Positions 41,638 to 53,001 are shown, counted from the first letter of the whole stretch. The stretch is DNA of 63,605 nucleotides, filler included, from 5 parts of 5 records of this genome joined end to end with filler, not necessarily neighbours in it, one strand, 5' to 3'. Numbers and translations: made by a program. Notes: a model not told the origin generated them from the sequence alone.

Positions 41638-43338
41638 ATGAGCGCGGTAGCAACCAGCCCGACATATTCGCAAGAAGACAAAGATAACTTCCTGGTGAAC
41701 TCTAAGGGGTTCCTGAGTTGGGCACTAACGCTGGATCACAAGCGTATCGGCTTGATGTATCTAGTTGGCGTAATGTCGGCGTTTTTCCTGGCTGGCATCT
41801 TGGCACTTGTTTTGCGTGCTGAGTTGCTGACTCCGACTGAGCTTTTTCTGACGAACCAGCAGTACAACCAGGTGTTCACCTTGCACGGTGCCATCATGGT
41901 GTTCTTGTTCATCATTCCTAGCGTGCCCGCGGCACTGGGGAACTTCTTGGTTCCTGTGATGCTAGGTGCGAAGGACGTTGCCTTCCCTCGGTTGAACTTG
42001 AGTAGTTTCTACTTGTGGGTTGCCGGAGCCATTTTCTTCCTCACAGCAATGCTGTACACCGGACTGGACACTGGTTGGACGTTTTACACGCCCTACAGTA
42101 CGGTCACGAAAGGCCCAGTTGTTGCGGCCACTCTTGGTGTGTTCATTCTTGGGTTTAGCTCGATTTTTACCGGGCTGAACTTCATCGTGACGATCAATAC
42201 AATGCGTCCGCCAGGAATGTCGTGGTTCAAGATGCCATTGTTCCTGTGGGCGACCTACGCAACATCCATCATCCAGGTACTGGCAACGCCCGTTCTTGGT
42301 ATCACTGTTTTGCTGCTAGCCGCTGAGCGGATTTTGAAGATCGGTATCTTCGACCCAGCTTACAATGGCGACCCTGTCACGTATCAGCACTTCTTCTGGT
42401 TCTACTCGCACCCTGCGGTGTACATCATGATTCTCCCTGGTATGGGAATCATTTCGGAACTAATGAGTGTTCACAGCCATAAGTCAATTTTTGGTTACCG
42501 CTTCATCGCATACAGCTCAATCGCGATTGCACTGTTCGGCTTCCTGGTCTGGGGACACCATATGTTCACCAGTGGTATGGCTGATGTAACGACGATCATC
42601 TTCAGCGCGTTGACGTTTACGGTCTCGATCCCGTCTGCGATCAAGGTCTTCAATTGGCTGGCCACGATGTATGGTGGAACAGTCCAACTGAACACGCCGA
42701 TGTGCTATTCGCTCGCATTCCTGTTCTTGTTCACCATTGGTGGTCTAACAGGATTGTGGTTGGGAGCTCTTTCAACCGACCGACCACTGCACGATACATA
42801 CTTTGTTGTCGCTCACTTCCACTACGTGATGGTAGGCGGAACGCTGGTCGGTTTCTTGGCCGGTGTGTTCCACTGGTGGCCGAAGATGACGGGCAAAATG
42901 TTCAATGACACATGGGGCAAGGTTTCCTGTGCAATTGTATTCGTCGGATTCAACCTGACGTTCCTGCCGCAGTTTGTTCTTGGTAGCCGGGGTATGCCTC
43001 GCCGTTACGCTCGTTACGTTCCTGAGTTCCAAGATCTGCACGAGATGTCGACCTACGGTGCATTCCTGCTCGGAATCGGATTGTTCGTCGGTCTCGGTGT
43101 GCTTCTGCATTCGCTCCTGCGAGGCATGAAGGCTCCCCCGAATCCTTGGGGTGGTGCAACACTCGAATGGCAGTGTGCTTCGCCGCCGCCGTACTTCAAT
43201 TTCGAGAACCCACCACGGGTCAACGATCCTTACAATTACAAGCCGCTTGAGTACCGAGGTGACAAGGCCGGATGGGAATACGTCCATCCAGAGTCGCCAG
43301 AGGTTCCAACAACCAGTCCAGAACCAGCTAAGAGTTAA
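41638..43338 (+). CDS. coxA: Cytochrome c oxidase subunit I, type A2
   Basis: [22 protein letters not shown] (YS motif marks A2), WGHH, AHFHY. Confidence 0.96.
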   Translation: MSAVATSPTYSQEDKDNFLVNSKGFLSWALTLDHKRIGLMYLVGVMSAFFLAGILALVLRAELLTPTELFLTNQQYNQVFTLHGAIMVFLFIIPSVPAALGNFLVPVMLGAKDVAFPRLNLSSFYLWVAGAIFFLTAMLYTGLDTGWTFYTPYSTVTKGPVVAATLGVFILGFSSIFTGLNFIVTINTMRPPGMSWFKMPLFLWATYATSIIQVLATPVLGITVLLLAAERILKIGIFDPAYNGDPVTYQHFFWFYSHPAVYIMILPGMGIISELMSVHSHKSIFGYRFIAYSSIAIALFGFLVWGHHMFTSGMADVTTIIFSALTFTVSIPSAIKVFNWLATMYGGTVQLNTPMCYSLAFLFLFTIGGLTGLWLGALSTDRPLHDTYFVVAHFHYVMVGGTLVGFLAGVFHWWPKMTGKMFNDTWGKVSCAIVFVGFNLTFLPQFVLGSRGMPRRYARYVPEFQDLHEMSTYGAFLLGIGLFVGLGVLLHSLLRGMKAPPNPWGGATLEWQCASPPPYFNFENPPRVNDPYNYKPLEYRGDKAGWEYVHPESPEVPTTSPEPAKS

Positions 43339-43344
43339 AGACGC

Positions 43345-44520
43345 ATGTCACACGCTGCAGACGCGCACGGACACGATGGTCACGGTCATGGGGATCATGA
43401 TCACCCTGAGTTTCTTGCGCACCACTTTGATGATCCAGAACAGCAGTTCGATTCTGGCAAGCTGGGAATGTGGTTGTTCCTGGTTACTGAAGTTCTGTTC
43501 TTCAGCGGTATGTTCTGCGCCTACGCGCTTTACCGTGCCCGAAACCCGGAAGTCTGGACATTCTCAAGTCAGTATCTGAACGCCACTTTGGGGGCTTTCA
43601 ATACCGGCGTGCTGCTGTTCAGTAGTCTGTCGATGGCTTGGGGCGTTCGTTGTGCTCAGTTGCGGCAGCGGACTGGGTTGGTGATCAGCCTAGCAGTCAC
43701 ACTCGCGTGTGCGGCAATGTTCTTGGGCGTGAAAGCGATCGAGTACACCCACAAATGGGACATCGGCCTTTTGCCTGCTGGGGCTTACCAGTCTCAATAT
43801 CTTCCAGAGAACGCACACCACGCGATTTCGCCGTGGTTGTATTGGATATGTGCCATCCCCGCCGTCTGCGTAGTTGGCTTTGCGATTTGGTATGTTCTGA
43901 CTCTCGTCAGTGGTCAGAAGCGGCGTGCTGAAGTAGCCGGTCCACTTCTAGTGACAGCTCTTTGTTTCTTCGTCGGTGTAGGCATTGGAATTATGTTCCA
44001 ACGTGCCGAGGAGAACGCACACGGTGACCATCACGCTGCCTCAGGTGCACACGCTGGCGAACATGATTCGCACGCTGATGGCGACCATGGTGAAGCACAT
44101 AAGGATGAATCGCACAGTGACGGCGCTGATAGCGATGAGGCTCATGGAGATGACGGTCACGCTGGTGACGATTCACACGAAGAGGGTGAACAAGCCGCTG
44201 CTGATCATGGCGACGCCGATGTTCCTGCCGGTCAAATGGTGGCCGTTACAGATGAAGCTGCTGAACCGGATGCCGAAACTGCCTTGGTCGATCAAGCGGG
44301 AGGTGCAGGTCTCTTCTTCAGCATCTACTACTGCATGACAGGCGTTCACGCGATTCACATTCTCGCAGGTATGGGCGTCCTTGCTTGGTTGCTCGTTCGA
44401 GCCACGAAGGATCAGTTCAACGAAGAGTACTTCGGACCTGTCGACTATGTCGGTTTGTATTGGCACTTGGTCGACCTGATTTGGATCTATCTCTTCCCGC
44501 TGCTGTACTTGATTAAGTAG
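43345..44520 (+). CDS. coxC: Cytochrome c oxidase subunit III with His/acid-rich insertion
   Basis: GMWLFLVTEVLFF, MTGVHAIH, GLYWHLVDLIWI. Confidence 0.9.
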   Translation: MSHAADAHGHDGHGHGDHDHPEFLAHHFDDPEQQFDSGKLGMWLFLVTEVLFFSGMFCAYALYRARNPEVWTFSSQYLNATLGAFNTGVLLFSSLSMAWGVRCAQLRQRTGLVISLAVTLACAAMFLGVKAIEYTHKWDIGLLPAGAYQSQYLPENAHHAISPWLYWICAIPAVCVVGFAIWYVLTLVSGQKRRAEVAGPLLVTALCFFVGVGIGIMFQRAEENAHGDHHAASGAHAGEHDSHADGDHGEAHKDESHSDGADSDEAHGDDGHAGDDSHEEGEQAAADHGDADVPAGQMVAVTDEAAEPDAETALVDQAGGAGLFFSIYYCMTGVHAIHILAGMGVLAWLLVRATKDQFNEEYFGPVDYVGLYWHLVDLIWIYLFPLLYLIK

Positions 44521-44593
44521 CAGTTCACGACAACAACCGTTGCTGAGAACCCTCGGTTAACGATTTGACGTTAGAAAGATTTGGAAATTAGTA

Positions 44594-44968
44594 ATGTCTG
44601 ATTCGCATGCACACGGTGACGGTCACGGCTTTGCACACCCGATGCCTGTTTGGCAGTTGTTGGCTGTGTTTAGCGCGTTGATTGTTCTGACGATCGCTAC
44701 CGTGTATCAATCGACGTTGGACTTGGGTGAGTTCGAGCTGATTGCTTCGCTGACCATTGCGACTATCAAAGCGGCACTCGTGATTCTGTTCTTCATGCAC
44801 ATGATTCACGACAAGCCTTTGAATGCGATCATTTTCTTGAGCTCATTTATTTTCGTCGCCTTGTTCCTGGCTTTCACATTGATGGATGCGGCGGCTTATC
44901 GCGATTCGATAGAGCTGCAAGAAGTTGACTCGCCGCGTCCCGTTGCTGCGGCGGATGCTGAAGCCTAA
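44594..44968 (+). CDS. coxD: Cytochrome c oxidase subunit IV
   Basis: Three TMs, IATIKAALVILFFMH. Confidence 0.85.
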   Translation: MSDSHAHGDGHGFAHPMPVWQLLAVFSALIVLTIATVYQSTLDLGEFELIASLTIATIKAALVILFFMHMIHDKPLNAIIFLSSFIFVALFLAFTLMDAAAYRDSIELQEVDSPRPVAAADAEA

Positions 44969-45055
44969 GGCTGGTTGCTGTTGCCGGTCGGCAATGGCAG
45001 TAGCTTTTCGGAAGCGGCACCATTTAACGCACGACCTCTTGCTCGGGCGATCTAG

Positions 45056-45409
45056 ATGCCTCGCGACTTATCAGTCAACTACGTCGAATTTCCCGCTTCC
45101 TCCTTCGACGATGTGAAGCGATTCTATGGTGCGGCTTTCGGCTGGACGTTCACTGCCTACGGTGAAGATTACCTAGCGTTCAACGACGGTGGATTCGACG
45201 GCGGCTTTTACCGCAGTGATTTGGCAGCAACGTCGAGCGTTGGTGCACCGTTGGTCATTCTTTACGCCAACGATTTGGAAGACTGCAGGGCGAAGGTTCT
45301 TGATGCCGGCGGCAAGTTGACGATGGATATCTTCAGTTTCCCCGGCGGTCGGCGTTTCCAGTTCAGTGACCCCCATGGCAATGAACTATCCGTTTGGTCT
45401 GACAAATAG
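45056..45409 (+). CDS. VOC/glyoxalase-family protein
   Basis: NYVEFP..FYGAAFGW, FPGGRRFQFSDPHGNEL. Confidence 0.88.
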   Translation: MPRDLSVNYVEFPASSFDDVKRFYGAAFGWTFTAYGEDYLAFNDGGFDGGFYRSDLAATSSVGAPLVILYANDLEDCRAKVLDAGGKLTMDIFSFPGGRRFQFSDPHGNELSVWSDK

Positions 45410-45866
45410 ACTGATGAATCGGTTAGTCTCACTTGGAATCGGTGCCTTGGTCACTCGGTCACGCCGCAAGTAGTGACACTCGTGGGACCGCGGTGGCTGA
45501 CCCAGATGCTTGCGGCGGTTAAGTCGTGTCGTTGGGTGGTCGCGCAGTCAAGCCAGGTCACGAGACTTCCCGGGATATATGGCATTGGTTGCCGAGCCCG
45601 ATGCACGCACAGTCGACGTTTATCGCGACTGATTGGTGTGATAACGCGAGTTGGGACCACTTGATTCTGCAGTCTCTACGTCACCTGCACGAACCCAACA
45701 AGTCTGGCGGCGGTCTTCGTTGTTATGTTGAGTGATCAGCGGAACGCACGAATCGACTACTACAAATCGCTGGACCTAGTGCGAGTCGCACGGACGTGTA
45801 GCGTGCCACACCCAATAACTAGCCGACTCAAATAGACGCAGAAACGCTAAATCCGAACTGGAAGCG

Positions 45867-45966
45867 NNNNNNNNNNNNNNNNNNNNNNNNNNNNNNNNNN
45901 NNNNNNNNNNTTAATTAATTAANNNNNNNNNNNNNNNNNNNNNNNNNNNNNNNNNNNNNNNNNNNN
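45867..45966. other. Artificial contig spacer
   Basis: N-run, TTAATTAATTAA, N-run. Confidence 0.99.
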
Positions 45967-45967
45967 C

Positions 45968-46801
45968 CAGACCACCCCGCGCGAGGGCTGGGACTATGAT
46001 GGTGTGAACGAAGTTGTCGCTTATACCGACCGCTCAGGTAACAAGCGCTTTGCGACGGCTGACCGGAATGGCTTTTTCTATGTTCTCAACCGTGAAGACG
46101 GGGAATTCGTCAGCGCGGCCCCCTTTGTCAAAGACATCACATGGGCGAAAGGGATCGATGAAACCGGGCGCCCAATCTTTAACGAAGACAACCGCCCGGG
46201 TAATCCAGCCGCCGCCGCAGATGGCAAAAAGGGCGAAGTCACCTTCTCCTCTCCATCGTTCCTAGGTGGTAAAAACTGGATGCCAATGGCCTTTAGCCAG
46301 AACACTGGCAACTTCTATGTGCCTTCTAACGAATGGGGCATGGATATCTGGAACGAGCCAATCACCTACAAAAAGGGCGCCGCCTATCTGGGTGCCGGCT
46401 TTACCATCAAGCCGAACTATGATGACCACATCGGTAGCCTGAAAGCCATTGATCCAGACACCGGTGACATCAAGTGGGAATTCAAAAACGATGCTCCGCT
46501 GTGGGCTGGTGTGATGACCACTGCGGGTGGCCTTGTGTTCACCGGCACCCCCGAGGGTCGTTTCATCGCCTTTGATGATGCAACCGGTGAAGAGCTTTGG
46601 TCGTTCCAGACCGGCTCTGGCATCGTGGGTCAGCCCGTCACCTGGGAACAGGATGGCGAACAGTACATTTCGATCATTTCCGGTTGGGGCGGCGCCGTTC
46701 CACTGTGGGGTGGCGAAGTGGCCAAAAAGGTCAACTATCTGAACCAAGGTGGCCTGTTGTGGACATTCAAATTGCCTAAAGCATTGGCAATGGCGAACTA
46801 A
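45968..46801 (+). CDS. PQQ-dependent alcohol dehydrogenase (ExaF/PedH-like, lanthanide motif), 5'-truncated
   Basis: [54 protein letters not shown]. Confidence 0.88.
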   Translation, partial: QTTPREGWDYDGVNEVVAYTDRSGNKRFATADRNGFFYVLNREDGEFVSAAPFVKDITWAKGIDETGRPIFNEDNRPGNPAAAADGKKGEVTFSSPSFLGGKNWMPMAFSQNTGNFYVPSNEWGMDIWNEPITYKKGAAYLGAGFTIKPNYDDHIGSLKAIDPDTGDIKWEFKNDAPLWAGVMTTAGGLVFTGTPEGRFIAFDDATGEELWSFQTGSGIVGQPVTWEQDGEQYISIISGWGGAVPLWGGEVAKKVNYLNQGGLLWTFKLPKALAMAN

Positions 46802-46823
46802 GCGACCTGTACATAGACAAAAG

Positions 46824-46851
46824 AAACGCGCGCCTATTTGGCGCGCGTTTT
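46824..46851 (+). terminator. Intrinsic terminator after the PQQ-ADH gene
   Basis: AAACGCGCGCC-TATTT-GGCGCGCGTTT-T. Confidence 0.75.
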
Positions 46852-46930
46852 CATTCTACGACTTAAGGCGTATATCTCCGCAAGGGTCCGATTGGTAGGC
46901 TCAGGTAACTCTTCTAAGTGCGGAATTCTG

Positions 46931-47629
46931 ATGCACCTTCAAACTGGTAAGCCTCTCTCGAACCCCTTGCTCTCGGCGTTGATTGTTGATGATCATCCGT
47001 TGTTTTGCGACGCGCTCTCGATGACCTTGCAAGCCGTTTCTTCGATCAACAGCATGCACACGGTGACCAACCTGCAGAGTGCGTTGGATCTGATCGCGCA
47101 GGGGATTCATATCGATCTTGTCGTTCTGGATCTGAACCTGCCAGACGTGAACGGGCTGGACGGGTTGCTGCGCCTGCGCAAAGCCATCAAATGCCCCATC
47201 GTCGTGGTCTCTTCGATGGCGGACAACCGGATCATCAGCTCGGTTGTACATGCAGGGGCTGCCGGGTTTGTACCCAAACACAGCCAACGCGATGTGTTTC
47301 ATCAGGCGATCAAGGCCATCAGTGACGGAGAAACCTTTGTTCCAGCGGGCTATGTTCTGCTCGAAGAGAGCGATATCACCGAAAAAAATGATGCCATGAA
47401 CCGCCTTGCCTCGCTGACCAATCAACAGGCGCGCATCCTTCAGTTGATCTGCGAAGGCAAGCTGAACAAACAAATCGCCTATGACCTGAGCATCGCGGAA
47501 ACAACCGTCAAAGCACACGTCACAGCCATCATGCGCAAACTGGGTGTGCAAAGCCGGACACAGGCGGTGCTGATTGCAAAGAAATCAAGCTTTGCAAATG
47601 TCTTGCATGACTCGCCGCCAACTGACTAA
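46931..47629 (+). CDS. NarL/LuxR-family response regulator
   Basis: REC (IVDDHP, LDLNLPD, FVPK) plus LuxR HTH (GKLNKQIAYDLSIAETTVKAHV); ATG 46931. Confidence 0.92.
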   Translation: MHLQTGKPLSNPLLSALIVDDHPLFCDALSMTLQAVSSINSMHTVTNLQSALDLIAQGIHIDLVVLDLNLPDVNGLDGLLRLRKAIKCPIVVVSSMADNRIISSVVHAGAAGFVPKHSQRDVFHQAIKAISDGETFVPAGYVLLEESDITEKNDAMNRLASLTNQQARILQLICEGKLNKQIAYDLSIAETTVKAHVTAIMRKLGVQSRTQAVLIAKKSSFANVLHDSPPTD

Positions 47630-47661
47630 TCTTGCACAAGCTCATTGGGGAGGGGCACGCG

Positions 47662-48831
47662 ATGGACCATGCACGTGGTCCCTTAGGTATGGGTACAAAA
47701 TTACCGCAGATTGTTAGATCCGGGTTTGTTGATTGCCACCGAGAAGACGCGGTTGAAGAGCTTGCCAAAGCTTTGCAACCCGGTGATTTGTCTTTGGTCG
47801 TCTTGTTCTTATCCCCAAATACAGACGTTTCCCGCCTGATCGATCAGGCGCAACGCACCTTTGCCCCGGCGCAGGTGGTTGGATGCACCACAGCCGGTGA
47901 AATTTCCGACGCGGGATATACGGAATCCGAAATCGTCGCGCTGGGATTTCCGCGCACATATTTTGATGCGCGTGTCATTCTGGTCGAAGATCTGGACGAT
48001 TATGACAGTCACAGCCTGAACGAACAGATGATTAAAAATCGCAACCAGATGGCGCGAGTCACGCCAGAATGGGAATCCGATTTTACATTCCTGCTGATCG
48101 ATGGGCTGTCGACCAAAGAGGATACATTAACCGCGGAATTGGCGATTGGCCTTGGCCCTGTCCCGTTCTTTGGCGGATCTGCTGGCGACGGCACTGATTT
48201 TTGCGAAACCTATGTTCTGCATGGCGGCAAGGCCTATCCCAATGGAGCTGTGTTGATCCAAGTCCGCACCAAATGCCCAATCCGGGTCTTCAAAACCGAT
48301 CACCTGATCCCAACGGAAACGCGGATGGTTGTGACCGGGGCCGACCCCGCACGCCGCATCGTTCATGAGATAAACGCCGAACCCGCAGGTCAGGAATATG
48401 CGCGTTTGTTGGGCAAGGATCCAAAGCAGCTCACCACCTTTACCTTTGCGGCGCATCCCGTTGTCGTTCAAATCGGCGAGCAACACCATGTCCGCGCGAT
48501 CCAACAAGTCGCCGAGAATGGCGAGATGGTGTTCTTTTCCGCCATCGACGAGGGGGTGGTGCTAACGCTTGCCGAACCTGAAAACATGGTCACACATCTG
48601 CAACGGGAAATGCAGGCGCTTTCACAGCCTGAACGGCCTGACATCATTCTGGCCTGCGACTGTATCCTAAGGCGGTTAGAGGCGCAGCAAACACAGGTTT
48701 CAACAGATCTGTCGCGGATTCTGGCTGAAAATCGCGCGGTTGGGTTTTCGACCTATGGCGAGCAAATCCACGCGATGCACGTCAACCACACTTTGACCGG
48801 GGTTGCGATCTACCCACCTGACGAGGACTGA
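47662..48831 (+). CDS. FIST-domain (NosP-like) sensory protein
   Basis: GCTTAGEI, IDGLS, FGGSAGD, EINAEPA, DCILRR, GFSTYGEQ..HVNHTLTG; ATG follows GGGGAGG. Confidence 0.88.
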   Translation: MDHARGPLGMGTKLPQIVRSGFVDCHREDAVEELAKALQPGDLSLVVLFLSPNTDVSRLIDQAQRTFAPAQVVGCTTAGEISDAGYTESEIVALGFPRTYFDARVILVEDLDDYDSHSLNEQMIKNRNQMARVTPEWESDFTFLLIDGLSTKEDTLTAELAIGLGPVPFFGGSAGDGTDFCETYVLHGGKAYPNGAVLIQVRTKCPIRVFKTDHLIPTETRMVVTGADPARRIVHEINAEPAGQEYARLLGKDPKQLTTFTFAAHPVVVQIGEQHHVRAIQQVAENGEMVFFSAIDEGVVLTLAEPENMVTHLQREMQALSQPERPDIILACDCILRRLEAQQTQVSTDLSRILAENRAVGFSTYGEQIHAMHVNHTLTGVAIYPPDED

Positions 48832-48835
48832 ATTT

Positions 48836-51043
48836 ATGGGGCACGATCTGATCAACCCCGCCGATAGCCTTGAACGCCAGAACGAAAAGCTGCTCAAGAT
48901 TACAGAGACCCTGATGCGGCGGGTGGAACAAAACTTTGACACCTCGGGCGCGGCTTACACGCAGTTTCAACGCGCGGTCATGCTCGAAGAAGAAGTGCGC
49001 ACCCGAACCAGCGAACTGGAACGTGCGCTGGACCTGCTCAATACCTCGAACTCGAAACTGGCCCTCGCCAACGCTGAAACCGAAGCGGCGCGCGCCAACC
49101 TCGCCAACGCGATTGAGACCATTCAAGAAGGGTTTGCGCTGTTCAATCCCCAAGATGAAATGGTCATGTGCAACACCCGGTTTGGCAAGCACATGCAGGA
49201 TATTTACACCCTGTTCAAACCGGGAATGATGTTCGAAGAATATGTGCATTTGGTCAGTGTCAGCCCGTTTCTGTCGCTCCCCGAAGGGGAAACGCCCGCA
49301 GGCTGGGCCGCCTATCGCATGTCGCGGCACAAGGACAATCACGCCGTATTCAACGTGCGGATGGCTGGCAGCAGGTGGCTACAGGTAAGCGAACACAGAA
49401 CCCCCGACCGGGGCACTGTCATCCTGCAAACCGACATCACCGATATGATGCGCCTCGAACGACGGGAGCGGGAACGGTTGCTGGATGATCAGGCCCACTT
49501 GATCAAGGCAACGCTGGAACACCTCAACCAAGGGATTTGCATTTTTGACGAACGGGGCCGGCTGGTTGGCTGGAACCGCCGCACCGGCGAGCTGCTAGCG
49601 CTCGAGGCAAACAAGCTGCAACTCGGGACATACTTCGCAACCCTGTATGACCAAATTCGCAACGACCTGCGGTTCCACGACGAAGATGATCCAAATATGG
49701 TCGAGCAATGGGTGGCTAGTAACTCGAAACGTGCGCCTTTGTCGTTCGAACTGGGTCTTGGTAACGACCGCACGCTTGCCGTCTTTGCCCAGCAAATGCC
49801 CGATCGCGGTTTTGTCATGAGCTTTACCGACGTAACCGCCGAACGCACCGCCGTGCGCGCCATTTCCCAAGTGAACGAAACCCTGGAAAAACGTGTCGCC
49901 GAGCGCACGCTAGAGTTAGAAGACGCGCTGTCAGAGGCAGAACGCGCAAACGCCTCTAAATCCCGATTTGTGGCGGCGGCCAGTCATGATCTGCTGCAAC
50001 CGCTCTCTGCTGCAAAGCTGTATGTCGCGTCTCTGGAAACCGAACTCGACACCCCCGAGCTGATTGATCGCGCACAGAAAGCCGGCAATGCCTTGGTCAG
50101 CGTCGAAGGAATCCTGAGCGCCTTATTGGACATTTCGAAACTGGATTCAGGGCAGGCTTTTGTCGACATATCTTCTTTCTCACTCAAGGATATCCTGACC
50201 CAACTTCATGACGAGCTGCAGCCTTTGGCAGTTCAAAAAGGGTTGGAATTCAACTTGGTATTTTCCGGTGCCGTGGTTCAAAGCGACGCCTCATTCCTGC
50301 GCCGCATCCTGCAAAATCTAGCCTCGAATGCCGTGCGTTATACCGAAACGGGCAAAGTTCTGATCGGGGTCCGCAACCAAAAGAAATCAGTTCGGATCGA
50401 AGTGTGGGACACCGGCCCCGGCATCCCAGAGGATCAACAAGGCAAGGTTTTTGACGAATTCCATCGCCTCGATACCTTTGCCAGCCCTGCCGAGGGGATG
50501 GGTCTGGGACTTGCAATCGTGGATCGGGCCTGTCGTTTGCTCAACTACCCGCTGCATCTGACCTCGACCGTCGACAAAGGCACGTGTTTCGCAATCGAAG
50601 TCCCCCGCGCCGCCTCGTCGGAAACGTGGTCAGCCCCTGCCCCCATCGGCCAATCCGACACCGACATCTGTATGGAACACAAAATTGCTGTGCTGATCGA
50701 AAACGATGCAGATCTACGGTCCGCCCTGACCATCACGCTCGAGGGGTGGGGGCTGGATGTTTTGCCCTGCGCCAGTCTGGCAGAGGCCCAGGATCTGTTA
50801 ACCGCAATCGATATCGCACCGGACGTGATTGTGGCCGACTATCAACTGGATGATCACGCCTTGGGAACAACCGCGATTGCGGATTTGCGCCGTCGATATG
50901 GGAACGTCCCGTCCTGCATTGTGACCGCCAATCGCTCCCCGGATCTGGTTGGACACTGCGAAAAGTCAGCGACGCAGCTCATCTATAAACCGATTGATCC
51001 GGTCCGCTTGCGTGGCTTTTTGGAACAGGTATTACACGGTTAA
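48836..51043 (+). CDS. Hybrid PAS histidine kinase with receiver domain
   Basis: Coiled coil, two PAS-like domains, H-box AAASHDLLQP, NAVRY, DTGPGI, GLGLAIV, C-terminal REC (ADYQLD). Confidence 0.92.
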   Translation: MGHDLINPADSLERQNEKLLKITETLMRRVEQNFDTSGAAYTQFQRAVMLEEEVRTRTSELERALDLLNTSNSKLALANAETEAARANLANAIETIQEGFALFNPQDEMVMCNTRFGKHMQDIYTLFKPGMMFEEYVHLVSVSPFLSLPEGETPAGWAAYRMSRHKDNHAVFNVRMAGSRWLQVSEHRTPDRGTVILQTDITDMMRLERRERERLLDDQAHLIKATLEHLNQGICIFDERGRLVGWNRRTGELLALEANKLQLGTYFATLYDQIRNDLRFHDEDDPNMVEQWVASNSKRAPLSFELGLGNDRTLAVFAQQMPDRGFVMSFTDVTAERTAVRAISQVNETLEKRVAERTLELEDALSEAERANASKSRFVAAASHDLLQPLSAAKLYVASLETELDTPELIDRAQKAGNALVSVEGILSALLDISKLDSGQAFVDISSFSLKDILTQLHDELQPLAVQKGLEFNLVFSGAVVQSDASFLRRILQNLASNAVRYTETGKVLIGVRNQKKSVRIEVWDTGPGIPEDQQGKVFDEFHRLDTFASPAEGMGLGLAIVDRACRLLNYPLHLTSTVDKGTCFAIEVPRAASSETWSAPAPIGQSDTDICMEHKIAVLIENDADLRSALTITLEGWGLDVLPCASLAEAQDLLTAIDIAPDVIVADYQLDDHALGTTAIADLRRRYGNVPSCIVTANRSPDLVGHCEKSATQLIYKPIDPVRLRGFLEQVLHG

Positions 51044-51393
51044 CGCATACAAATGTCAGACCGAGTTAAGAACCGCCGCCCCGTTCCGTTTTCAAGCGAA
51101 AACATTCCGCCAATCCCATCGATCGCATCAATCGTCAGGTCGGTATGTTTCCAGCGCGCGTATTGATCGGCATTCATGTAAAAGGGCACCGCCCCAATTT
51201 CACCGATCAACACATCCTGATCACCAATGATATAATCGCCCTGTTCAAACAACATCGGTGCCGATCCGTCACAGCACCCGCCCGATTGATGAAACAACAG
51301 GTTATGTCCGACCCGCTCTTTGATCGATCCGATCAATTCAAGCGCCGCTGGTGTAGCAGAAACGGTCATTTGTGCGGGGTCGTCGGTCATCAC
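51040..51393 (-). CDS. DUF779-family protein
   Basis: FHQSGGCCDGSAPM..GGMFSLENG..RFLTRS; follows aldehyde dehydrogenase as usual. Confidence 0.88.
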   Translation of the reverse strand: MMTDDPAQMTVSATPAALELIGSIKERVGHNLLFHQSGGCCDGSAPMLFEQGDYIIGDQDVLIGEIGAVPFYMNADQYARWKHTDLTIDAIDGIGGMFSLENGTGRRFLTRSDICMR

Positions 51394-51456
51394 AAAAATC
51401 CTACAACAAAAGGAAACCAGCCCCGCGAAAGACGCAGGGCTGGCGAAACAAAGGCC

Positions 51457-53001
51457 TTAGAAGAAACCCAATGCATTCGGGCTATAGGACACCAGCAGGT
51501 TCTTGGTCTGGCGATAGTGATCCAACATCATTTTGTGGTTCTCACGCCCGATGCCAGACTGCTTATAACCCCCAAACGCAGCGTGCGCCGGATACGCATG
51601 ATAGCAGTTGGTCCAAACCCGACCCGCCTGAATTTCACGCCCCATCCGGAAGGCACGCGCACCATCCCGCGTCCAAACACCAGCGCCCAAACCATAGAGC
51701 GTGTCGTTGGCAATTTCCAAGGCTTCGGCTTCGTCTTTGAACGTCGTTACTGACAGAACAGGGCCAAAGATTTCTTCCTGAAAAATGCGCATCTTGTTGT
51801 CGCCCTTAAAGACGGTGGGCTCGATATAGTTGCCGCCTTCGAGACCACCCAGATTGGCGACATTACCACCGGTCAACAGTTCTGCGCCCTCGTCCTTGCC
51901 CAATTGCAGATAGGACGCGATCTTTTCTTTCTGCTCGACCGAGGCCTGTGCACCGATCATGGTATCCATCGCAAGCGGGTTGCCTTGCTTGACCGCTTTG
52001 ACCCGTTCGATGGCGCGCCCGATGAAATCATCATAAATGGATTCCTGGATCAACGCCCGGCTCGGACAGGTACACACCTCACCCTGGTTGAGCGCGAACA
52101 TGGTGAACCCTTCAAGGCACTTATCAAAATACGCATCATCTGCGGACATGATGTCCTCAAAAAAGATGTTAGGTGACTTGCCCCCCAATTCCAGCGTGAC
52201 CGGGATCAGGTTCTGCGATGCATACTGCATGATCAGACGGCCTGTTGTGGTCTCGCCGGTGAATGCAATTTTGGCAATTCTGTTAGAGCTGGCCAAAGGC
52301 TTGCCCGCTTCCAGACCAAACCCGTTGACGATGTTCAAAACGCCGGCAGGCAGCACGTCTGCGATCAATTCCATCAACACCAAGATCGACGCCGGTGTCT
52401 GTTCCGCTGGCTTCATCACCACACAGTTGCCAGCAGCCAAAGCAGGCGCCAATTTCCATACCGCCATCAGCAGTGGGAAATTCCACGGAATGATCTGGCC
52501 GACAACGCCCAATGGCTCGGGGATGTGATAGGCATAGGTGTCGCCATCAATTTCCGAAATGCCACCTTCTTCGGCGCGGATACAACCCGCAAAGTACCGC
52601 CAGTGGTCAATGCACAGGGCAACGTCAGCAGCAATCGATTCACGGATCGGCTTACCGTTATCCAAGGTTTCTGCCGCCGCCAGTTTCTGACTGTTGGCTT
52701 CCATAATGTCGGCGATTTTCAGCAGCGCATTTGACCGTTCCGTGGTCGACGTTTTTCCCCAGGCGGGAAAGGCCGCGTGTGCAGCATCCAAAGCGGCATT
52801 AACATCATCTGCGTTGGATCTGGCGATTTCACAAATCACTTCGCCGGTAATTGGCGTCGTGTTCTCAAAATACTGACCCGAGCGCGGCTCAACAAATTCG
52901 CCGTTGATGAAATTGCCATAACGGGCGCGAAATGGAAACTCGACCTCCAGATGTGACGTATCCAGTGCGGCGCTGATATTCCGTGTTGTTTGAATGTTCA
53001 T
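51457..53001 (-). CDS. NAD-dependent acetaldehyde dehydrogenase (ExaC/AldB/AcoD type)
   Basis: [49 protein letters not shown] follows AAGGGAGG. Confidence 0.94.
   Translation of the reverse strand: MNIQTTRNISAALDTSHLEVEFPFRARYGNFINGEFVEPRSGQYFENTTPITGEVICEIARSNADDVNAALDAAHAAFPAWGKTSTTERSNALLKIADIMEANSQKLAAAETLDNGKPIRESIAADVALCIDHWRYFAGCIRAEEGGISEIDGDTYAYHIPEPLGVVGQIIPWNFPLLMAVWKLAPALAAGNCVVMKPAEQTPASILVLMELIADVLPAGVLNIVNGFGLEAGKPLASSNRIAKIAFTGETTTGRLIMQYASQNLIPVTLELGGKSPNIFFEDIMSADDAYFDKCLEGFTMFALNQGEVCTCPSRALIQESIYDDFIGRAIERVKAVKQGNPLAMDTMIGAQASVEQKEKIASYLQLGKDEGAELLTGGNVANLGGLEGGNYIEPTVFKGDNKMRIFQEEIFGPVLSVTTFKDEAEALEIANDTLYGLGAGVWTRDGARAFRMGREIQAGRVWTNCYHAYPAHAAFGGYKQSGIGRENHKMMLDHYRQTKNLLVSYSPNALGFF

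Noticed and set aside
45410-45866. Short ORFs after the VOC gene
   Set aside because: No motif, RBS or structural support.
10192-45966. Four TTAATTAATTAA palindromes flanked by Ns
   Set aside because: Artificial concatenation linkers. Genes on either side are not biologically linked.
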